Positions 38,050 through 50,202 of a stretch of 64,000 nucleotides of DNA are shown piece after piece. Below the pieces are notes generated by a model. The model saw only the letters and a program-made list of their open reading frames with translations. It did no database searches and had not been told where the DNA came from. Both the position numbers and the translations under genes were made by a program. The stretch is from Raja brachyura (taxonomy: Eukaryota): NCBI GenBank assembly GCA_963514005.1, contig OY740805.1, forward strand, positions 42,346,001 to 42,410,000. The letters run 5' to 3'. The first letter of the stretch is position 1; every line of letters starts with the position of its first letter.

Positions 38050-38460
38050 TGGAGACCCTTCTTCAGACTGAGAGTCAGAGGAGACGGAAACGAGAGATAA
38101 GGAAGGGTGAGGTGTGAAAACGGGAGATGAAATGGGATGCAGATCAAGGAAATGTAGAATAGATAATTGTTAGCCAGGAGAATGTGACAACGAAACATAC
38201 AGAGATAAGATTTAATCTGGGGGACAGTCGGACTGGTCGGAGAACTCGGAAGAGGAAGGGATGGAGAGAGAGGGAAAGCAAGGTTACTTGAAGTTACAGA
38301 AGTCAATATTGTAAGCTGCCCAAATGAAAGATGAGATGCTGTTCCTCCAATTTCCGTCGAGCTTCACTCTGAAGATGGAGGACGCCCAGATCAGAAACAT
38401 CTATGTGGGAACGGGAGGGGGAGTTAAAGTTTTTAGCAACGGGAGATCAGGTATGTCTAG
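38050..38460 (-). mobile_element. Penelope-like 3' fragment with a partial hammerhead motif
   Basis: Reverse complement reads ...CTCAGTCTGAAGAAGGGTCTC at ~38052-38072; similar to 55.5-55.9 kb. Confidence 0.65.
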
Positions 38461-38469
38461 GCGGACTGA

Positions 38470-39980
38470 CTTGCGTTTTCGGTTTCCTCCCATATTCCAA
38501 AGACGTACAGGTTTGTAGGTTAATTGGCTTGGTAAATGTAAAACGTGTCGCTAGTGGGTATCGGATAGTGTTAAGGTGCGGAGATCGCTGGTCTTTGGGA
38601 GTGGGAGAAAACTGGAGCTCCGGAGAAAGCCCACGCGGTCACCGGGAGAACGTACAAACTCCATACAATCAGCATCAGGATTGACTCGGGTCTCTATCGC
38701 TACAAGGCAGCAACTCTACCGCTGCTCCACAGCGCCGTCCTAGAATCTCCTTGTGCCGGCACTAATCCCATCTGCCTGTGTCTGTAACACGTTGAGCCAA
38801 CTTGCCCACGCCGGCTAACATGACCCAGCTACACTAATCGTATCTGCCTGCGTTTGGCCCATATCCCTCCAATCCTGTCCTATCCATGTACCTGTCTAAC
38901 TGGTTCTGAAACGTTGTGATAGTCCCAGCCACAACAACCTCCTCTGACAGCTTCTACCATACACCCACCACTATTTGTGTGAAAAAGGTTTTCCCTCAGA
39001 TTCCAATGAATTATTGTCCCCTTCAGCTTCACCTCTGGTGCTCGATTCACCTACTCTGGGCAAGAAACTCTGCGTAGATGAGTTAATTTGTAACACTTGG
39101 TTGCTGGTTTTCTGGGCGTTTGCCTCCACTAGATCTATTCCTCTCATGATTTTGTACACCTCTATAAGATCAACTCTTGTCCTCCCAGCCGATGTAGCCT
39201 CCCCTTATAGCTCAGACCTTCTAGTCTTGGCAACATCCTCGTTAATCTTCTCTGTACCCTTTTCAGCTTGACAACATCTTTCCTATAACATGCACCTGTA
39301 CTCTAGATCCTTCTGCTCTACGACATCTCCAGAGAGAAGAGCCCTGCCATTCACTGTGTAGGTGCTGCCCATGTTAGACTTCCCAAAATGCAACACCTCA
39401 CTTTTTGCTGTATAAAATTCCATCAACCATTCCTCAGCCCACCTGGCCAATCGATCCAGATCCTGCAATGTTTCACAACCATCTTCACTATCTGCAAAAC
39501 CACCCACTGTTGTATCTTCACCAAACTTGCTAACATTGCCATGTATAGAAACATAAACATAGAAACATAGAAATAGGTGGAGGAGTAGGCCATTCGGCCC
39601 TTCAAGCCTGCACCGCCATTCAATAAGATCATGGCTGATCATCCAACTCGGTATCCCGTACCTGCCTTCTCTCCATACCCCCTGATCCCTTTAGCCACAA
39701 GGGCCACATCTAACTCCCTCTTAAATATAGCCAATGAACTGGCCTCTCATCCGTATATTCTCATCCAAACCAATGATGTAGATGACAAACAGTAACGGGC
39801 CCAGCACCGAACCCTGAGGCACTCCAGTAGTCACAGGCCTCCAGTCCCAGAAGCAACCTTTCACCATTACCCTCTGCTTCCTTCCATGAAGCCAATTTGC
39901 TATCCATTCAGCTATTGCTTCTTGGATCCCATGCGATCTAACGCTCCAGAACAGCCAACCATGCGGGATGTGTCAAACTA
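38470..39980. mobile_element. V-SINE pieces and decayed CR1 fragments
   Basis: V-SINE motifs at 38470-38740; CR1 3' regions at 38820-39980 with a younger tail at ~39546. Confidence 0.7.
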
Positions 39981-40679
39981 CGGAGCTGTGATCAAATCTA
40001 ACGTTTGTGTGGATGCTAAATTGTGTACAAAATATAAACGTTTTATAAACTTTCTGAATGCAATAACGCGGCACCATATCTTGCTCTCACCTTTAATCAT
40101 TTTATCTTCTTTTCTGTGCAACATTATATCGAAAGCAGCAGCCGTAACCACGAGGGCCGCAAACGCCCAGAAAACCAGCAGCCAAGGGTTGGTTTTAGGA
40201 AATAACTCATCTACATTGGTGAATGAAAATAGATCAGTAACAGCAACAGGAAGGAACTACAGGTGCTGGTTTATACCGGATAGACACAAAATACTGGAGT
40301 GACTCAGCGGGTCAGGCAGCATCTCCGCAGGGAAGAAAGTCAGATTCAGATTCCACTACTACAGCACCGCAGACCCGAGGCTCTAATTCGACACATAGAA
40401 TCCTCGTTTATACGCAGTAAACTCAATGTCGATCTAATGGAGATTACAGTGGTGAATTAAATCATTGTCTATGAGCGTTTATATTGATGTCGTGCCTTGA
40501 GAAAGAAGTCATGCACTTTCCAAGGTGGTCAATGTATCAGGTAATGTTAATGTGTTTGGTGTATGGCCAGTCAGATATCAGTGGCAGCGCAAAATGGAGA
40601 AGTGGCCAAAGACCTGGACACAGATGTGATGGACGAGGGTGGAGAGTAGACAGTGGACAGGTGTGGCCGCAGATAAAAG

Positions 40680-40845
40680 GTGTAGGAAACAACTGCAGAT
40701 GCTGGTTTATTCACAAAATGCTGGAGTATCTCAGCGGGTCAAGCAGCATCTCTGAAGAAGGGTTCCGACCTGAAACGTCACCCATCCTTTTTCACCAGAG
40801 ATGCTCCCTGACCCGCAGCATAATTCCAGCACTTTGTGTCTATGT
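40680..40845. mobile_element. Inverted pair of Penelope-like ends centred on a hammerhead motif (40752-40779)
   Basis: CTGAAGAAGGGTTCCGACCTGAAACGTC flanked by mutually inverted tails. Confidence 0.65.
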
Positions 40846-41015
40846 GTGGTATCCTGCCGGGAAACCCTCTGGGCTCAAACAAGAAAAGCTGCGCCTTGGG
40901 AATGAGACCAGAACAGCAGAGTGCTGGTGGGTCCACTCGAACGTTAATGCCTTTTGCGCAGAAAAAGTTAGTTCAGAACTCGCTTTTGTAAAATGTTTCC
41001 CAGGTTCCCACGTAC

Positions 41016-41300
41016 CTGATATCTGGAGATGGGCCTCTCGTGTTTTCCCCGTTGATCTACTTCATATGAAACAGGAATACCTGTTCACAGAATCACTTGT
41101 GATATCGATGTGACTGTGGACAGTGATCAGCCCGCTGGAGTCCTCAGTGAACAGTGTGTCAGACCGCGCTGTTACATCTTGTCCACTCCCATCCAGACAC
41201 CACATCTCCGGCTTGGGAAACCATCCATTCGACTTACACACCACACGCACTCCTTGCGTGGTGCTTTCCTCCAAGCGGATCCAGGGCCGGAAGCCAAATC
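41016..41300 (-). pseudogene. Butyrophilin-like IgC exon with a premature stop
   Basis: 285 nt, tgcAG|...TCAG|GTacgt; VVCKSNGWFPKPE...YSCFI* with TGA at 41062-41064; the frame continues to AHLQIS. Confidence 0.88.
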
Positions 41301-41307
41301 CTGCAAT

Positions 41308-42512
41308 GAATGAATGAATGAATATGTTTATTGGCCAAGTATTCACACACAAGGAATTCGCCTAGGTGTTCCGCCCACAAGTGACAACATGCCATACATT
41401 GACAGTTAGGAATGACACATAAAACATTAATAATAACACATTATCATAAACATGTGCATTAAATAAAATACCAGAGCAAAAGGAGGTTACAGATTTTTGG
41501 TTATTGAGTAGAGCTACTACCCATGGAAAAAAAGCTGTTTTTATGTCTGGCTGTTGCAGCTTTGGCAGTCTGCAGTCGCCTTCCAGAGGGAAGTGAATCA
41601 AAGAGTTTGTTGCCAGGGTGAGAGGCGTCAGAGATGATCTTACCCGCTCGTTTCCTGGCCCTTGCAGTGTACAGTTCATCAATGGAGGGAAGGTTACAGC
41701 CAACTACCTTCTCAGCTGATCGGACGATTCGCTGCGGCCTCCGGATGTCGGGCTTAGTGGCTGAGCCAAACCAGACCATGGTGGAGAAGGTGAGGACCAT
41801 CATAGAATTGGACCATCATTGCCTGTTGCAGATTGTACTTCCACAGCTGCCGCATGAAGTACATCCTCTTTTGGGCCTTTTTGGACTGTCGAGTCGATGA
41901 TGGCCCCCCCATTTAGGGCCCTTGGAGATGATGGTTCCCAGGAATTTAAAGGACTCCACAGATGTGACTGTGGTGTTGTTGATGGTGAGTGGGGTGAGGG
42001 GAGGCGTGGCTCTCCTAAAGTCTACAATTAATTCCACTGTCTTAAGAGCATTGAGCTCCAAGTTGTTACGAAGGCATCAGGACACCAGCTGTGCCACTTC
42101 CTGTGTGTAGGCAGATTCCTCCCCATCCTGGATCAGTCCAATCAGGGTTGTGTCGTCCGCAAACTTGAGAAGCTTGACAGAGGAGTCTGTGGAGGTGCAG
42201 TCATTGGTGTAGAGAGAATCGAGGAGAGGCGAGAGTATGCAGCCTTGAGGTGCTCCTATGCTGAGGGTCTGCGGGGCTGAAATGTGCTTTTCCAGCCTCA
42301 CATGCTACTTCCTGTCTGTCAGGAAGCTGGTGATCCACTGACGGAGGGGTTCAGGCACAGTCAATTTGGAGAATTTGTAGCTCTGGCACAATGGTGTTGA
42401 ATGCAGAGCTGAAATCCACAAACAAAATCCTCGCATAGGCCCCTGGCAGTCTAGGTGCTGAAGGATGAATTGCAGGCCCAGGTTGACTGCGTCTATTGGC
42501 CAGATGTTCAAA
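41308..42512 (-). mobile_element. Rex1/Babar LINE inserted at the IgC splice acceptor
   Basis: (TGAA)n tail; RT fragments; CTGCAAT duplicated at 41301-41307 and 42513-42519. Confidence 0.85.
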
Positions 42513-42659
42513 CTGCAATCGGGATGTAATCGGTAAACACGATAGTTACACATGTATCTCGGCATGGAAAGGGCTTTCCGTGTGCTGGGTCGGTGAGCAG
42601 CAGATGACGCCGGGGCCTGAAGAGCCACAGAAAGAGCAGCGGTGGGAACTCCAACAGTC

Positions 42660-42965
42660 ATTGGTTGGGTGACCGGGTACCACCGCATTACCGCCCCATC
42701 GCCTCGTTGTCATCTTCCCCTTCAGCTAACAGTGATCTGTTCTACATTTTACTTGAACCGCGTCCCCTTTCATTCATCTTTTTCACACCTTACCCTTCCA
42801 TATCTCTAGACTCCCCCTCCCATGATTCTCAGTCTTCAGATGGGTCTCGACCCGAAACGTCACCCATTCCTTCTCTCCACACATGCTGCCTGTCCCGCAG
42901 AGTTACTCCTGCATTTTATGTCTACATTTGGTGTAAACCTGCATCTGCAGTTCCTTCCTACACAC
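42660..42965 (+). mobile_element. Penelope-like 3' end with a decayed hammerhead (42834-42871)
   Basis: CTTCAGATGGGTCTCGACCCGAAACGTC, with the CUGANGA core mutated. Confidence 0.6.
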
Positions 42966-43140
42966 AACCTCACCGCTGCCATTCCATTCCAGGCCGTATC
43001 ACTCCCAGCCTGTGCCGAAGCAGTGATCAACATTGTCAGTAACCCTTGAACTTCCCAGTAAAATCCCAGTCTGGGGGGCAGCTTACTGACATTCCCGGTG
43101 TAAACCCTGGTGTGAACTCTGTGCCTCCAGAGGGACTCAC

Positions 43141-43744
43141 CTTCAACCTGCAGCCGCAGCGCCGCCTGGTGACTGTACGTCGGGGTGCTGATGGAACACG
43201 TGTAGATTCCAGCATCTGATACTTTGACCCTCTTCAGTTTAATGCGCAGTGTAGCAAAGGCAGACTTTCTGCTGCCTTCAGCCCCGTTTCAAAGTGATGG
43301 CTTCAGGCAGCGCTGATGGCACGTGGGCTACACAGAGCTTCCCGTGTTACAAGCGCTGCGGATGAAAGGCACGGAGAATTATGCCTACCTAAGAGATCGG
43401 TCTCTTACATAGGCATCATTCTCCTATGCCTTTGTTATTTATATTTAGTCATTACTATGTTATAATTTTAGTCAGGGTAGGCAGTGCCTACCTTGCCTAC
43501 CCTGCGTGTCCACGGGGAAACTCTTCCCGAATAAGCTCCGTCCTCCCTCGGTAAGCCCCGTCCTGCACTTCAGCTCGGTCCTGGCGGCCGGTGTATAAAT
43601 GTACCAGTGACCCCGGGCTCGTTGCAAACCATCGGAACTCCAGAGCGTCCAGTGATGTATCCGGTACCTTCTGACATTCCAACACGGCATCTTCACCCAC
43701 CATGGCCACCACCGGATAGTCCGGCACAATCACAGAGAACTCCT
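43141..43744 (-). pseudogene. Butyrophilin-like IgV exon disrupted by a 260-bp hAT-derived insert (43243-43502)
   Basis: AG/GT bounded; VAMVGEDAVLEC...RWF...VHLY...YRGRTEL...SDAGIYTC; 348 nt once the insert is removed and 4 lost bases are restored. Confidence 0.9.
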
Positions 43745-43889
43745 CTAGAAAATACAATGGTTAAGCTTCAGAATATTTGTAGAATCTTTCCTGCTGGCGA
43801 TTTAAAGAAAGCAAATGTGATTATTTTGTTATAGTTTGGAACTCTTCCAAATGTCATTGGTCTGGATACTTTGCTCTTAGTCTTTCAAT

Positions 43890-43992
43890 CCACCCCCAAC
43901 GTATCTCCGGCTTGGAAACCATCCATCGGACTTACACACCACACGTACTCCTTGCGTGGTGCTTTCCTCCAAGCGGATCCAGGGCCAGAGTC
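43890..43992 (-). pseudogene. Second IgC exon, partial (its acceptor and first bases lie at 54679-54686)
   Basis: Homologous to ~41195-41292; truncated at ~43890 where it joins the intron upstream of the IgV exon. Confidence 0.8.
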
Positions 43993-46900
43993 AGGGCCAG
44001 GTTTATTCTTCAAAGAATAAACCTAGCAATTATAGACCTGTTAGTTTGACGTCAGTTGTGGGCAAATTAATGGAAAGGATACTTAGAGATAATATATATA
44101 AGCATCTGGATAAACAGGGTCTGATCAAGAACAGTCAACATGGATTTGTGCCTGGAAGGTCAAGTTTGACAAACCTTCTTGAATTTTTTGAAGAGGTTAC
44201 TAGGGTAATTGATGAGGGTAAAGCAGTGGATGTTGTCTATATGGATTTCAGTAAGGCCTTTGACAAGGTTCCCCATGGAAGGTTGGTTAAGAAGGTTCAA
44301 TCTTTGGGTGTTAATGGCGGAGTAGCAAGATGGATTCAACAGTGGCTGAATGGGAGATGCCAGAGAGTAATGGTGGATGGCTGTTTGTCAGGTTGGAAGC
44401 CGGTGACCAGTGGGGTGCCTCAGGGATCTGTGTTGGGTCCACTGTTGTTTGTCATGTGCATCAATGGTCTAGATGATGGGGTGGCAAATTGGATAAGTAA
44501 GTATGCAGATGATACTAAGATAGGTGGTGCTGTGGATAATGAAGTAGATTTTCAAAGTCTACAAAGAGATTTGGGCCATTTGGAAGAGTGGGCTGAAAGA
44601 TGGCAGATGGCGTTTAATGCTGATAAGTGTGAGGTGCTACATCTTGGCTTCACAAATCAAAATAGGACATACATGGTAAATGGTAGGGAATTGAGGAATG
44701 CTGTGGAACAGAGGGATCAAGGAAATAACTGTGCATAGTTCCCTCAAGGTGGAATCGCATGTAGATAGGGTGGTAAAGAAAGCTTTTGGTATGCTGGCCT
44801 TTATAAATCAGAGCATTGAATATAGGAGTAGGGAAGTGATGTTAAAATTGTACAAGGCATTGGTAAGATCAATTCTGGAGTATGGTGTACAATTTTGGTC
44901 GCCTAATTATAGGTTCAGATTCAGATTCTGAAAACTTTATTGTCTGTCGTAACAGAAAATCTTCTTTGACGTGGCTCAACATACAACAAGACAATATACA
45001 ACAGTCATCATACAACACAGCCTTCTGCGGGCACACTCAAGTGTGTATAGGTCTTAAAATCAAGTATAAAGATTAGAAACTGTAAAAATAGACAAGATAA
45101 AAGTTGAAAGTTGTGGATACGTGTAAAGTGACAGTGCGTCAGGGTTAATTTGTCCATTGATCATGTATTATTTAAACTATTTATGGCAATGGGTATGAAT
45201 GAGTTTTTGTGGATGTATTTCTTGGAGAGGGGGACTTTATATCGGCGGCCTGATGGCAGAAGTTGGAAGGACTTGTGCAGGGGGTGGGTGGGATCCTGTG
45301 TAATGAGGTTGGCTTTCCTTTTAACTGCCTGGGTGTGAAGTACTGACAATTGAATTTGAGTTTTGCCAGTTATTTGGCTTGCTTGATTGATGATCCGGGA
45401 AAGCTTTGATTTGTCTTTGACAGAGGTAAGGGTGAACCAGGATGTGATGTTAAAGGTGAGTACAGATTCTATAAGTGATTTATATACAGCTGTTAAAATG
45501 TCCTGTCTGACATCAAAGCTCCTGAGTTTCCTCATCAGGAACAGGCGTTGCTGTGCCTTCTTGTACACAGAGTCTGTGTGCTGGGAGAAGGACAGGCGGG
45601 TGTCAATCCATGTGCCCAGGTATCTAAAGGCCTCTACCTGCTCGACTGTCTGCCCATTCAGCCTAAGAGGTTCAAAGAGAGGTTGGGGGAAGATGTTCGC
45701 CTTCCCCCACAACACAGCTCCTTGGTCTTGGAGATGTTAAGCTCCAGAGAGCTCTCTTTGATCCACAGCATCAAGATGTTGACCTGCTGATAGTAGGCAG
45801 CCAGAGCAGTGTGATCCTTGATGTGGGCCACCAGGGCCATATCGTCTGCATACTTAAAAAGGGGAATGTCACTGTTATTGTTTGTTACATTGTTCATGTA
45901 GATGGAAAATAAGATCGGTGATAAAACACAACCCTGGGGGACACCAGTGTTTAAAATCATGTTCTTGGATTTAAAACCATTTACCACCACATGCTGTGGC
46001 CGGTCCTGCAGGAAGTCTTTTATCCACAGGATAAGTGATGGGTTGACTTGTAGATCCAGAAGGCGGTTGCAGAGGGTGACTGTGTTGACTGTGTTAAAAG
46101 CGGAAGAAAAATCCATAAATAAAATCCGTGTGTGGGGGTGTGGGGAGTCCAGCTGTCTGCTAACTGTGTCCATGAGAGTCAAACAGGCATCCTCCACGCC
46201 ACGCCTTGCCTTACAGGCGAACTGGAGTGGGTCAAGCCTGTCCACCACCATAGCAGTGAGGTGGTCACTTACCACCCTCTCCATACACTTGGAAAGAATG
46301 GATGTGAGTGCTACCGGTCTGAAGTCCTTAATGTCCCTGGCGTTAGATTTCTTCAGCAACGGTATAAGTGTAGACTCCTTCCACATCCGTGGGACACAGC
46401 TGGAGTCAAGGAGATGTTGGAATAGCTGAGTGATGACATCACCCAGCTGAACTGAGCATTCCCTCAGCACCTTGCCCCTGAGCCTGTCTGGGCCAGAAGC
46501 TTTGTGAGGGTTGATGCGGCCCAGTATAGATGTAACCTTCCTTTTATCCACTGTGATTGATGGACTGCTGGTGAGGGTCCAGTCATTCTGGGGGTGTGGC
46601 CTGTCAAACCTGCTGTAATAGATGTTGAGTTGCTCAGCAAATGTGGCGGGGTCAGAGCATTGGATCAGGGCCGGTTTCTGGGCTCTGCCCATCATGGTGT
46701 TAAGTCCCTGCCATGCCTCCCTTGCATTGCCAGTGGTGAATTTTTCCTCCACTTTGTTTTTGTAGTGGCGTTTGGCCTGCCTGGTCTTCCTTCTCAACTC
46801 ACTATTATACTGTTTTACTCTGTGTTTGTCTCCCTGAAGGAATGCCACTTTTTTGTTGTTAAGACACTGCTTCAGGTCCTTGGTAACCCAAGGCTTGTTA

Positions 46901-47252
46901 TTGGGGTACAGCTTGACCTGTTTTGTTGGTATAACAGCATCCACACAGAATGACAAATAGGAGGAGATAGAGTCTGTCAGCAGATTTAGGTCTCCCTCAC
47001 AGCTTTGGAAAAATATTTCCCAGTCAGTGATCTCCATGCAGCCCCTTAATGCATCGACAGAGTCATCGTTCCAGACTTGAATAGTTTTTGTTTGTATATC
47101 TTCTGTTTTTAATTTTTGTCTGTATTTTGGAAGCAGCAGAATGACATTGTGGTCGGAGCGACCCAGTGGTGGGCGGGGCTTTGAGACATAGGCTCCCGGT
47201 ATGTTACCGAAACACATATCCAGCGTTCTGTCAAGTCTGGTAGGTGTGAGAG

Positions 47253-48658
47253 AGAGGCCCGAGACCGTTGGTGCGAGTGGAGGAGGGCCAGGAACGGTGA
47301 GTACATAAACCCAGCGCGGGGCTTGTTCAGGCAGAGGCCCGAGACCGTTGGTGCGAGTGGAGGAGGGTCAGGAGCGGTGAGTACATAAACCCAGCGCGGG
47401 GCTTGTTCAGGCAGAGGCCCGGGACCGTTGGAGCGAGTGGAGGAGGGTCAGGGGCGGTGAGTACATAAACCCAGCGCGGGGCTTGTTCAGGCAGAGGCCC
47501 GGGACCGTTGGAGCGAGTGGAGGAGGGTCAGGGGCGGTGAGTACATAAACCCAGCGCGGGGCTTGTTCAGGCAGAGGCCCGGGACCGTTGGAGCGAGTGG
47601 AGGAGGGTCAGGGGCGGTGAGTACATAAACCCAGCGCGGGGCTTGTTCAGGCAGAGGCCCGGGACCATTGGAGCGAGTGGAGGAGGGTCAGGGGCGGTGA
47701 GTACATAAACCCAGCGCGAGGCTTGTTCAGGCAGAGGCCCGGGACCGTTGGAGCGAGTGGAGGAGGGTCAGGGGCGGTGAGTACATAAACCCAGCGCGGG
47801 GCTTGTTCAGGCAGAGGCCCGGGACCGTTGGAGCGAGTGGAGGAGGGTCAGGGGCGGTGAGTACATAAACCCAGCGCGGGGCTTGTTCAGGCAGAGGCCC
47901 GGGACCGTTGGAGCGAGTGGAGGAGGGTCAGGGGCGGTGAGTACATAAACCCAGCGCGAGGCTTGTTCAGGCAGAGGCCCGGGACCGTTGGAGCGAGTGG
48001 AGGAGGGTCAGGGGCGGTGAGTACATAAACCCAGCGCGGGGCTTGTTCAGGCAGAGGCCCGGGACCGTTGGAGCGAGTGGAGGAGGGTCAGGGGCGGTGA
48101 GTACATAAACCCAGCGCGGGGCTTGTTCAGGCAGAGGCCCGGGACCGTTGGAGCGAGTGGAGGAGGGTCAGGGGCGGTGAGTACATAAACCCAGCGCGGG
48201 GCTTGTTCAGGCAGAGGCCCGGGACCGTTGGAGCGAGTGGAGGAGGGTCAGGGGCGGTGAGTACATAAACCCAGCGCGGGGCTTGTTCAGGCAGAGGCCC
48301 GGGACCGTTGGAGCGAGTGGAGGAGGGTCAGGGGCGGTGAGTACATAAACCCAGCGCGGGGCTTGTTCAGGCAGAGGCCCGGGACCGTTGGAGCGAGTGG
48401 AGGAGGGTCAGGGGCGGTGAGTACATAAACCCAGCGCGGGGCTTGTTCAGGCAGAGGCCCGGGACCGTTGGAGCGAGTGGAGGAGGGTCAGGGGCGGTTA
48501 GTACATAAACCCAGCGCGGGGCTTGTTCAGGCAGAGGCCCGGGACCGTTGGAGCGAGTGGAGGAGGGTCAGGGGCGGTGAGTACATAAACCCAGCGCGGG
48601 GATTGTTCAGGCAGAGGCCCGGGACCGTTGGAGCGAGTGGAGGAGGGTCAGGGGCGGT
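47253..48658 (+). repeat. 80-bp tandem array, ~17.5 near-identical copies, in the CR1 5' UTR
   Basis: Unit GCAGAGGCCCGGGACCGTTGGAGCGAGTGGAGGAGGGTCAGGGGCGGTGAGTACATAAACCCAGCGCGGGGCTTGTTCAG. Confidence 0.95.
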
Positions 48659-48787
48659 TTTTACCAAAATCCGGAACATTCCTTTCTGAACAGGGAGGTT
48701 TCTGGTGGAAGCCGCTGATTGGTGGAAGCAGACTAGAGGAAGCAGCTGATTGGGTGGAACCTCTGGTTAGTATTTCTGCTTTCTGGT

Positions 48788-49121
48788 TAAAGGTACAGGG
48801 GGTGAGTAAAGGTACAGGGGGTGAGTAAAGGTACAGGGGGTGAGTAAAGGTACAGGGGGTGAGTAGAGGTACAGGGGGTGAGTAGAGGTACAGGGGGTGA
48901 GTAGAGGTACAGGGGGTGAGTAGAGGTACAGGGGGTGAGTAGAGGTACAGGGGGTGAGTAGAGGTACAGGGGGTGAGTAGAGGTACAGGGGGTGAGTAGA
49001 GGTACAGGGGGTGAGTAGAGGTACAGGGGGTGAGTAGAGGTACAGGGGGTGAGTAAAGGTACAGGGGGTGAGTAAAGGTACAGGGGGTGAGTAAAGGTAC
49101 AGGGGGTGAGTAAAGGTACAG
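48788..49121 (+). repeat. 19-bp minisatellite, ~17.5 copies
   Basis: Unit ARAGGTACAGGGGGTGAGT. Confidence 0.95.
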
Positions 49122-49255
49122 TGCTTTTGGTTTGTATAATAAAGGTGTAGGTTAAAGGTCAAGAGGGAGCTGCTGTTTGAGTCAGATACCTGCTGATTTC
49201 TCACAGCAGTTTCCATTATATTATACTGATATCGGATCCAGGGTAAGGCGAGAGA

Positions 49256-50188
49256 ATGTCAGCCAGAGCAGTGTACTGTACTGCATGTCAGATGTGGGAG
49301 GTCATGGTGTCGGATGGCCCTCTTGACGTCCACATCTGCATCAGGTGCAGAGAGATGGGGCTCCTAAGGGACCGTATTAGGATCCTGGAGCAGCAGCTCG
49401 ATGACCTCTGCCTGGTCAGGGAGAGTGAAAAGGTGATAGAGGAGAGTTATAGGGAGGTGGTCACTCCAAAACCACAGGAGAGAGACATGTGGGTCACGCT
49501 AAGGAAGGGCAAGGGGCAGAGGCATGAACAAGTGAGTACTCCAATGTCAGTACACCTGGCAAATAAGTACTCCTGTTTGAGTACGGATGGGGGTGACAGC
49601 CTACCCGGGGGTAGCGACAGCGGACGGGCCTTCAGCACAGAGACCGCCCCTGTTGCTCCGAAAGGTAGGGAAAAAAAGAGGGCAATAGTAAATGGGGACT
49701 CTATTGTTAGGGGGTCGGATAGGCGAATCTGTGGACGCAGTCGGGAGACCAGGATGGTGGTCTGCCTCCCTGGTGCCAAGGTCTTGGACGTGTCTAAACG
49801 TGTCCAAGATATCCTCAAATCAGAGGGAGAGGAGCCTGAGGTCGTGGTACATATAGGTACCAATGACATAGGTAAAAAAATAGAAGAGGTCCTGAAGGGA
49901 GGATTTAAGGACTTGGGAGGAGAGTTGAGGAAAAGGACCAAAAAGGTAACAATCTCAGGATTACTGCCTGTGCCACGTGACAGTGAGAGTAGAAATGGAG
50001 CAAGGTGGAGGATAAATGCTTGGCTGAAAGACTGGTGCAGAGGGCAGGGATTCAAGTTTCTGGATCATTGGGACTTCTTTTGGGGTAGGTGGGACCTGTA
50101 CAGAAAGGATGGGTTGCACTTGAACCCGAGGGGGACCAATATCCTGGCGGGGAAATTTGCGAAGGCCACTGGGGAGACTTTAAACTAG
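49256..50188 (+). CDS. CR1 ORF1p (zinc finger, coiled coil, SGNH esterase)
   Basis: CxxC..CxxC, LEQQLDDL, GDSIVR, HIGTND and DGLHL motifs; intact 310 aa. Confidence 0.92.
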   Translation: MSARAVYCTACQMWEVMVSDGPLDVHICIRCREMGLLRDRIRILEQQLDDLCLVRESEKVIEESYREVVTPKPQERDMWVTLRKGKGQRHEQVSTPMSVHLANKYSCLSTDGGDSLPGGSDSGRAFSTETAPVAPKGREKKRAIVNGDSIVRGSDRRICGRSRETRMVVCLPGAKVLDVSKRVQDILKSEGEEPEVVVHIGTNDIGKKIEEVLKGGFKDLGGELRKRTKKVTISGLLPVPRDSESRNGARWRINAWLKDWCRGQGFKFLDHWDFFWGRWDLYRKDGLHLNPRGTNILAGKFAKATGETLN

Positions 50189-50202
50189 AATGGTTGGGGC
50201 GA

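Noticed and set aside
40484-41113. 209-aa plus-strand ORF
   Set aside because: Runs through Penelope tails and antisense to the IgC exon; no recognisable domain.
47253-48658. CRISPR-like regular array
   Set aside because: Head-to-tail 80-bp units with no unique spacers, in a eukaryotic LINE 5' UTR, with no cas genes.
48767-49216. 149-aa repetitive ORF on the minus strand
   Set aside because: Translation of the 19-bp minisatellite.
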